Source: Ignicoccus pacificus DSM 13166 (GTDB taxonomy: Archaea; Thermoproteota; Thermoprotei_A; Sulfolobales; Ignicoccaceae). Taken from it: DNA of 32,000 bases. The notes under the pieces were generated by a model, which did no database searches, was not told the DNA's origin, and was given only the letters and a program-made list of their open reading frames with translations. The position numbers were made by a program, and so were the translations under genes. Position 1 is the first letter of the stretch; the number at the start of each line of letters is the position of its first letter. Shown here piece after piece: positions 25,975 to 32,000 of the stretch. The DNA lies in assembly GCA_025340205.1 (NCBI GenBank), contig CP006868.1:1110001-1142000 (forward strand), given 5' to 3'.

Positions 25975-26802
25975 TTAAAGTGGAGCCATCTTGGTCGTAG
26001 CGTCTAGGGGCTTGGACCAGTATGGGGCGGAGGTCAATATAGCGTCTACGAAGGCGTACTCCTTAACGTTCTCCAGCTTAATCCCTCCAGCAGCTATTAC
26101 CTTAGCTCTGTCATTGATCGACTTCACCCTTTCGTAAAGCGTCCTAAGCTCATCCGGCTTTAGATGGTCCGCCTGTATCCACTCGAATCCCTCCTTTACA
26201 GCGATAACTGCCTTCTCGACGCTATCTACCTCTATTACTATCTTCTTATCCCAGACCAAGTCGCTGTTCTTCAGCCTTCTCAGAGCCTCTTCAAAGGAGA
26301 TGAATACCGTGTGGTTGTCGAACAGGATAACCGTGTCACTCAGAGACGTTCGATGGAGAGAAGCTCCTCCGCAGATAACTCCCTTGTAATAGAGGTGCCT
26401 GCAAGGAGGAGCCTTCCTCGCTACAATAACCTTAACGTTAGGATTAATGCTCTTAGCTGCCTCGACCATCTTCCTAGTATAGGTGGCAACTCCAGAGGCT
26501 AGGGCAACGACGTTTTGAGCCACCCTCCAAGCTTTGTGAAGGGCTTCGGCCCTTCCCACCGCCCTCAAGACAACCCCTTCTTCCTCAACCCCTTCTTCAG
26601 CAACCTCAACTTCATCTGCTCCGGCCTTGAGGTAGATCCTAGCAGCCTCCCTAGCTCCGCACAGGACCCCCTTCTCCCTCAACATGATCTCAGCCATTCC
26701 TTCCTTGTCGCCTATGCCCAGAGCTTGAGTGGTCAAGTCGAAGAGACCTACGTCTTCTCTTAGCCACTCATCAATGATCATTTCTGGAATTAAGAGATCC
26801 AA
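25975..26802 (-). CDS. Nicotinate-nucleotide pyrophosphorylase family protein (NadC/ModD-like)
   Basis: WLREDVGLFDLTT...GVATYTRKMVEAAK...VARKAPPCRHL...LSDTVILFDNHTVF...IAAGGIKLENVKEYA. Confidence 0.85.
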   Translation of the reverse strand: MDLLIPEMIIDEWLREDVGLFDLTTQALGIGDKEGMAEIMLREKGVLCGAREAARIYLKAGADEVEVAEEGVEEEGVVLRAVGRAEALHKAWRVAQNVVALASGVATYTRKMVEAAKSINPNVKVIVARKAPPCRHLYYKGVICGGASLHRTSLSDTVILFDNHTVFISFEEALRRLKNSDLVWDKKIVIEVDSVEKAVIAVKEGFEWIQADHLKPDELRTLYERVKSINDRAKVIAAGGIKLENVKEYAFVDAILTSAPYWSKPLDATTKMAPL

Positions 26803-26822
26803 GGGATTCCCCTATTGACTGC

Positions 26823-27683
26823 TCAGAAAGCGCTTTTACACCTCACGAAGCGCCTTCCCTTGTATACGACGACGTAACAGTTGCTGGGGATCTCGCGGAA
26901 CCTCTCGAAGGGTACCGGGTGGACCTTCGCTATCTTCACAAGCTCTCCTTCGTCTTCAGGATAGAACTTAAAGGGATCATCGGTTAGGGGAACTACGTTG
27001 TCCCCTATCACCTCCTTGAATATCTCGTAAGCCAGCTCTATGTTTCCCGCCTTCACCGGGAGCGCTGGCGGTCTGGTGGGTATCGCTATGAATGCAGTTT
27101 GAGGTTTGAGCTGAGCTATTATGTTAGCTATCTCCCTAAGTTGCTCCTCGTCGTCATTCATGCCTGCAATTATCATGGTTTCAGTGACCAACTTGCCCTT
27201 GTACGATCTGGCGAACCTGAGCATGCCCCCTATTACTTCCTCGAACTTGAGGGAAGGGTGAGGAGCGTTGATCCTCCTCCAGACCCCCTCATCGCCGGCG
27301 TCTATCTTAACGGAGACCACGTCGAACATCCTGGCATCTTCCCTAGCCTCTTCGTCGTAAAGCAAGCTCCCGTTCGTGAGCAGAACAACCTCCTTGCCGC
27401 TCAGCGCCCTTGCTAGAAGAGCGCACTCCCAAGCCTTCGAGTCCAGGAGGGGCTCTCCGCTGGGAACGAAGGTAACCACGTCGAAGTCTGCCTTTACCCT
27501 CCTTAATTCCAACGCGAAGTCCTTAGGTCTGCAGAAGGGAGCCCTTTCGGTCGTGACCTCTCCTAGGCCTAGCTGACAATATGGGCAAGAGTAGGTGCAT
27601 ATCTTAGATGGGAAGGGGTCCACTCCTAAGCTCCAGCCGAAGCGCCTAGACCAAACGGGTCCGAATAACACACTTCTTACCAT
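26823..27683 (-). CDS. Radical SAM protein
   Basis: SRRFGWSLGVDPFPSKICTYSCPYCQLG (CxxxCxxC), VTFVPSGEPLLD, VVLLTNGSLL. Confidence 0.85.
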   Translation of the reverse strand: MVRSVLFGPVWSRRFGWSLGVDPFPSKICTYSCPYCQLGLGEVTTERAPFCRPKDFALELRRVKADFDVVTFVPSGEPLLDSKAWECALLARALSGKEVVLLTNGSLLYDEEAREDARMFDVVSVKIDAGDEGVWRRINAPHPSLKFEEVIGGMLRFARSYKGKLVTETMIIAGMNDDEEQLREIANIIAQLKPQTAFIAIPTRPPALPVKAGNIELAYEIFKEVIGDNVVPLTDDPFKFYPEDEGELVKIAKVHPVPFERFREIPSNCYVVVYKGRRFVRCKSAF

Positions 27684-27764
27684 AGTTACATAGGTTGGTG
27701 TGAATATGAGCCTTCTTATTCAAGCAATAGCGTTTAAGATAATGGGTCGCTTAGCCCACCTCGG

Positions 27765-28700
27765 TTGTCGAGGATGTATAGGGTTCTCGTAACCGATAAG
27801 GTGCAGCCGGAAGGCCTCGAAATGCTCAAGGAGAAGGGATTTGAGGTAGTTGTAGATCTAGACGCATACAAGCCCGAGGTTCTAAAAGAGAGAATAAAGG
27901 GTTTCGACGTTCTCATAGTTAGGAGCAGAACCAAGGTGACTAGGGAAGTTATAGAGAGCGCCGACAAGCTCAAGGTAATAGCTAGGGCCGGCAGCGGCCT
28001 CGACAACATAGACTTGGAGGCAGCCAAGGAGAAGGGAATAAAGGTAGTCAACGCTCCGGACGCTCTAAAGAATGCTGTTGCAGAACTAGTAATTGCCATG
28101 ATGATTACCGTTGCTAGGAGAGCCCACTACAGCTACAGAGCTATGCTTGATGGTAAGTGGGAGAAGGTCATGGGCTTTGAGATAGCTGGGAAGAGGTTGG
28201 CGATAATAGGGTTCGGAAGGATAGGAAGGGAGGTCGCTAAAAAGGCGAAGGCCCTAGGAATGAGCGTAATAGGCTACGACGTCTTCGATTTAAGCGACCT
28301 AGCCAAGGAGATAGGAGTTGAATTCACCCAGAACTTGGAGGAAGTCATTAAGGATGCAGACTTCATAACCCTCCACGTTCCCTTGACCCCTCAGACTAGG
28401 AACATGATAAATGAGGAGCTGATAAACAAGATGAAGGATGGTGTAATAATAATAAACGCAGCCAGGGGAGAGGTTATGGACTACAAGGCCCTCCTAGAGG
28501 CGCTGAAGAGCGGTAAGGTAGGGGGAGCTGCCTTGGACGTCTACCCCGAGGAGCCTCCCAAGAGCGAATGGCTGAGGGAGCTGGTAGCCCATCCCAACGT
28601 CTTCGCTACCGCCCACATAGGAGCTCAGACTAAGGAGGCGCAGAAGAGGACCTCCATAGAGATCGCTAAGAGGATAATGGAGGCCCTCGGAGTCCAGTAA
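27765..28700 (+). CDS. serA: D-3-phosphoglycerate dehydrogenase
   Basis: [73 protein letters not shown]-type motif, [14 protein letters not shown]. Confidence 0.9.
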   Translation: MSRMYRVLVTDKVQPEGLEMLKEKGFEVVVDLDAYKPEVLKERIKGFDVLIVRSRTKVTREVIESADKLKVIARAGSGLDNIDLEAAKEKGIKVVNAPDALKNAVAELVIAMMITVARRAHYSYRAMLDGKWEKVMGFEIAGKRLAIIGFGRIGREVAKKAKALGMSVIGYDVFDLSDLAKEIGVEFTQNLEEVIKDADFITLHVPLTPQTRNMINEELINKMKDGVIIINAARGEVMDYKALLEALKSGKVGGAALDVYPEEPPKSEWLRELVAHPNVFATAHIGAQTKEAQKRTSIEIAKRIMEALGVQ

Positions 28701-28701
28701 G

Positions 28702-29277
28702 GTGGACCTTTTGGAGTGCCCAGCTTCCGATGTTATAGAAGTGATGAGGATTTTATACCAGAAGGGATTGATAACGGTACTTAGTGGAAACGCTAGCGTT
28801 AGGTGCGGAAATCACTTTCTCATAACTCCTTCCGGGACCCCCAAGCACAAGATCTCCGAGCTGGCGTTGGTGAACTTGAATACGTTGGAATGGGTAGGAC
28901 CTAAGCCTTCGATAGAGTATCGAATGCATGCCCAGTTCTATTTAAAGAGCAACTTCAAGGCTGTGGTCCATGCCCACAACCCCATGACGGTGCTCTTGGC
29001 CGACGTGAAGCCGGAGCTGCTCGACCCCTCTCCTTACGTGGAATCGAGGTATGCGATAAAGAGAATTGGAGTTGTGGAGAGGCTCGAGGCGGGGAGCGAG
29101 GAGCTGGCCCTAGCGGTGGGAAGGGAGGTGGAGAAGGGAGCGGACGTGGTCGTGATGAAGGGGCATGGAGCTATAGCGGGTGGAAAGGATCCTTACGATG
29201 CCCTTAACAAGATAGAGGCCTTGGAATATCTGAGCGCTCTGGCTATTGAGAAGCTCAAGCTTAGGTCCCAGACCTAA
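28702..29277 (+). CDS. Class II aldolase/adducin family protein (fuculose-phosphate aldolase-like)
   Basis: GLITVLSGNASVRCGNHFLITPSGTPKHKI...VHAHNPMTVLL...VVMKGHGAIAGGKDPYDALNKIEALE. Confidence 0.85.
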   Translation: MDLLECPASDVIEVMRILYQKGLITVLSGNASVRCGNHFLITPSGTPKHKISELALVNLNTLEWVGPKPSIEYRMHAQFYLKSNFKAVVHAHNPMTVLLADVKPELLDPSPYVESRYAIKRIGVVERLEAGSEELALAVGREVEKGADVVVMKGHGAIAGGKDPYDALNKIEALEYLSALAIEKLKLRSQT

Positions 29278-29317
29278 CCCCTTTAGTCCCTTACCAAGCT
29301 ATGGAACTGGTGATAAC

Positions 29318-30229
29318 GTGCTGACGCTCAAGGAGCTCGTAAAGGGTGAGCTGCCGCAAGTAAGGCCCGAGGACACGCTGAAGGAAGCGGCGAAGGTGAT
29401 ATACGAGGGAGGCCTTGGAGCGGCGTTATCCCTAGACAGACAAGGAAGGGTAACTTACATGATAACGAAGATGGATATAGCAAAGGCACTGGCAAGAGGA
29501 GATGACTTGGAGATAGCGACCGTGGAGGACTACGGGACTCCCTCCCCCCTCCAGGCTCAAGCGAACACTGACTTGATAACAGCGCTAAAGCTAATGAAGG
29601 AGTACAAGGTATCTCACTTGCCAGTAATAGAGAACGAGAGGGTAATAGGACTGGTCTACATAAGGGACGTGGTCTTCTCCTTGATCGACCACCTTCCAAG
29701 AGGAAAGGCCTCGGTGAGTCAAGTAGCTAAGAGAGCTCCCAGAGTTCCTCCGGATTCTACCGTCGCTGAGGCGGCATCTGAGATGGTGATGGCTGACTGC
29801 GAAGCAGTCTTCGTGGACGGAACCCTCCTTACTGATACGGACGTGGTGAGGGCCTCCGCTTACGGAGATCCCTACGCTGAAAAGGCCTCCAAGTACTCGA
29901 CTAAGAGGATTATTACGACTGACGCCAAGAGCGACCTGGAGTGTGCAGTGAGGCTGATGAAGGCCAACGGAGTAGGAAAGCTCGTGGTGTGGAAGGAGAA
30001 GATAGTGAGTGTTAGAGACATAGGCTATCTAATACCTGATATAGTCAAGAGGCTAACGAAGTACATAGTGCTAATCAAAGGGGAACTCCCCCAGATCAAG
30101 GGAACCGAGCTCATCAGAACGGTAGGCGACTTCGACGCCATAGCGATTGTGGAGGGAGACGAGGAGCTGTTCAAGTTAGTCGATAAGTTGAAGGATAACG
30201 AGATAAAGATCTTGGTGGAGAGGCCTTGA
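29318..30229 (+). CDS. Protein with about four CBS domains
   Basis: Repeated (V/P)xDTLKEAAKVI..GGLGAALSLD, LMKEYKVSHLPVIENERVIGLVYIRDV, VPPDSTVAEAASEMV, AVRLMKANGVGKLVVW. GTG 29318 preferred over track start 29246. Confidence 0.85.
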   Translation: MLTLKELVKGELPQVRPEDTLKEAAKVIYEGGLGAALSLDRQGRVTYMITKMDIAKALARGDDLEIATVEDYGTPSPLQAQANTDLITALKLMKEYKVSHLPVIENERVIGLVYIRDVVFSLIDHLPRGKASVSQVAKRAPRVPPDSTVAEAASEMVMADCEAVFVDGTLLTDTDVVRASAYGDPYAEKASKYSTKRIITTDAKSDLECAVRLMKANGVGKLVVWKEKIVSVRDIGYLIPDIVKRLTKYIVLIKGELPQIKGTELIRTVGDFDAIAIVEGDEELFKLVDKLKDNEIKILVERP

Positions 30230-30822
30230 GTAAGCTGGTCCCTTGGATAGCGAGCCCGGTTAAGGTGGTCGAGGAGGTAACCAAGCTGGCCCGGATAGGG
30301 CCGGGGGACGTGGTTTACGACCTGGGCTCCGGGGATGGGAGGGTAATAGTGCTCACCTCCAAGCTAACCGGAGCTAGGGGAGTCGGAGTTGAGATAGATC
30401 CAGCCTTGATAGTGATTTCTGAGGAAAAGGCGAAGGAATACGGGGTTCAAGACAAGGTCAAATTCCTGCAAAAAGACTTCAGAGAGGTAGACTTGAGCGA
30501 GGCAACTGTTGTTTACTTGTACATATACTACAATGTAATAAAGGAATATCTATTGGAAAAGCTCGAGAACGAGCTCAAGCCGGGTACTAGAGTGGTCACG
30601 CTGGAGATACCGGTGCCCGGCTGGATGCCGGTAGTGAAGAGGGGGGTGCAAGACGAAGCTGGAGTGGTGAGGACCTTGTACTTGTACATCAAGGGAATCT
30701 CGGAGCCCAGCGCTTGGAAGAACGATGAAGCCAGCGACGAATGGATGGAGGAGTTCAGGAGAAGGCTCTGGGGGAATGTCAAGAAACCGTCACTGAAGGT
30801 TGCAGATGACACAAGTGGTTGA
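30226..30822 (+). CDS. SAM-dependent methyltransferase (archaeal aKMT-like)
   Basis: GDVVYDLGSGDGRVIVLTSKLTGARGVGVEIDPALI...VVYLYIYYNVIKEYLLEKLENELKPGTRVVTLEIPVPGW. Confidence 0.85.
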   Translation: MSKLVPWIASPVKVVEEVTKLARIGPGDVVYDLGSGDGRVIVLTSKLTGARGVGVEIDPALIVISEEKAKEYGVQDKVKFLQKDFREVDLSEATVVYLYIYYNVIKEYLLEKLENELKPGTRVVTLEIPVPGWMPVVKRGVQDEAGVVRTLYLYIKGISEPSAWKNDEASDEWMEEFRRRLWGNVKKPSLKVADDTSG

Positions 30823-31266
30823 GGCTCCCACGAACTTTATCTTAGCTCCGCTATAGGGCTTGTCCGCAAATAAGCAGACCGCTTCCCTACCCCTTAGCAA
30901 GTTCTGTTGTCCGGTGTAGACCTTTATTATCGTGTTGGTGGTAGGGGAGAGGATCTGTACCCCTCCTACCGTTCCCCCGGTCGGAGTGTATATTATCACG
31001 TAGATTAGGTAAGGTAAGCTAGTATTCCCGTATATTACCGGCTTGTCCGTGCTGAGGGCGCCGTCCTCATAGAGGGCCTTCGTCATGTTTATGCACGCTT
31101 GATAAGCTAAGGTGTCGTTCTTCAGGAGCTTTACGTCGTAGATGACCACCAGAGGCTGGGGACCCCCCTCTTGGGGAGGCCTCATGGCGGTCATGAGTAC
31201 AGCTATGGCAGCTGCTACTATTCCCATAAGAACCGCTACTTCGAGAGCAGCTAGGCCCCTGTGCAT
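30790..31266 (-). CDS. Pilin-like protein with class III (type IV pilin) signal peptide
   Basis: Internal ATG 31266: MHRG/LAALEVAVLMGIVAAAIAVLMTAM; T/N/S/G-rich mature region with cysteines near the C-terminus. Confidence 0.55.
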   Translation of the reverse strand: MHRGLAALEVAVLMGIVAAAIAVLMTAMRPPQEGGPQPLVVIYDVKLLKNDTLAYQACINMTKALYEDGALSTDKPVIYGNTSLPYLIYVIIYTPTGGTVGGVQILSPTTNTIIKVYTGQQNLLRGREAVCLFADKPYSGAKIKFVGASTTCVICNLQ

Positions 31267-31856
31267 GATCTCACCGCCCAAACCGTCTCGGGTTGATTCG
31301 TCGTGGTGTTTATGTATGATACTTGACCTACGTAACAGAAAGCTATCTTCTCCGCCCCGTTCGGATAGACCACGTGGAGCTCGGCGAAGCCGTTGAAGGT
31401 TGGGTTGGGGCACGGGAGCGCGGGCTGTAAGTTATTCGGTTTGAAGATGTAGACGGTTACGTTGCCTTGTATTGTAGTGGTCAGGTATTGAGGTACGAAC
31501 TTACCTGTTATGACATAGAATATGGGGGCGCCGGAGCATACCATAGGTATTACTACATATGCGCTGTAAGTAGATGTCGGTAAGGTGGAGTAGCAGTACG
31601 TCGCGTTTGAGATCGACGAGTTTACGGTCAGGTCTATGTAAGTGGGGGTATTAGGATCCAAGCCGACTAAGTAATTGTCCATGCAATTAAGCATGGCCAT
31701 TGTGGCTTGGCTGACCGTGCCCATAGCTTCTATCCTCTTCTGGGCACTCACGCTGCTCCTCTGCCATTGGACGGCCATCCACGACAGAGCACCTAGCACC
31801 ACCAAGGCGAGAAGCATGGCGGCGTAGAGCTCGGCGGATCCCCTCAGTTTCTTCAA
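31251..31856 (-). CDS. Pilin-like protein with class III-type signal peptide
   Basis: TTG start: MKKLRG/SAELYAAMLLALVVLGALSWMAVQWQRS; cysteine-containing beta-rich mature part; overlaps next pilin-like gene start. Confidence 0.55.
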   Translation of the reverse strand: MKKLRGSAELYAAMLLALVVLGALSWMAVQWQRSSVSAQKRIEAMGTVSQATMAMLNCMDNYLVGLDPNTPTYIDLTVNSSISNATYCYSTLPTSTYSAYVVIPMVCSGAPIFYVITGKFVPQYLTTTIQGNVTVYIFKPNNLQPALPCPNPTFNGFAELHVVYPNGAEKIAFCYVGQVSYINTTTNQPETVWAVRSCTGA

Positions 31857-31859
31857 GTC

Positions 31860-32000
31860 TCAGAGCCCTTTCGCGTGGGGCTCAAAGGGGTTAAATTGTT
31901 GGGAAGAGGACTCCACGTCCTCAGGCTTTAAACATTTTTCATTATTCAAACAAGCTATCATCACCTCTACCTCGTACTTCCTCGGAACGATTAGGGCCGC
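31860..32000 (-). CDS. Partial CDS (3' end), unknown product, runs off right edge
   Basis: 46 codons open to the edge (AALIVPRKYEVEVMIACLNNEKCLKPEDVESSSQQFNPFEPHAKGL*), stop 3 bp before the downstream pilin-like gene, operon-like spacing. Confidence 0.4.
   Translation of the reverse strand, partial: AALIVPRKYEVEVMIACLNNEKCLKPEDVESSSQQFNPFEPHAKGL

Noticed and set aside
25935-25980. Possible tRNA on the minus strand (GGGGTTCGATTC-like T-loop)
   Set aside because: The T-stem does not pair and no anticodon or acceptor stem could be formed around it.
29328-29699. ORF 29328-29699(-), and 31142-31396(+)
   Set aside because: Antisense, Ser/Leu/Pro or Arg/Ser biased shadows of the CBS and pilin-like genes.

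Overview
Crenarchaeal-type genome segment. Dense, short-intergenic gene layout, frequent GTG/TTG starts and protein content fit a hyperthermophilic Desulfurococcales/Ignicoccus-like archaeon (my inference, no search run). Mostly housekeeping and metabolic genes: ribosomal eS25 and L10e, PAC2 family, LeuD, Sec61beta, MazG-like, tRNA methylthiotransferase, THUMP protein, YkgJ-like protein, HDAC-like protein, peroxiredoxin, NadC/ModD, radical SAM, SerA, class II aldolase, CBS protein and an aKMT-like methyltransferase. Accessory or more interesting parts: (1) an orphan 19-repeat CRISPR array (26-nt repeat, 9795-11055) with an AT-rich leader on the left, trailer-end repeat decay and no cas gene in the window; (2) a two-gene ATPase + TOPRIM/DUF3226-like module (12411-13957) resembling split OLD/PARIS-type defence architectures; (3) a divergent MoxR-like AAA+ ATPase / HExxH protein pair (21844-25047); (4) a multiheme cytochrome c - Tat FeS protein - NrfD respiratory cassette without a catalytic subunit (16093-19297); (5) two VapBC-type toxin-antitoxin loci, one of which appears to have an intact PIN toxin but a frame-disrupted, internally deleted VapB; (6) a pilin-like gene pair at the right end. 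No tRNA, rRNA or transposase was recognised.
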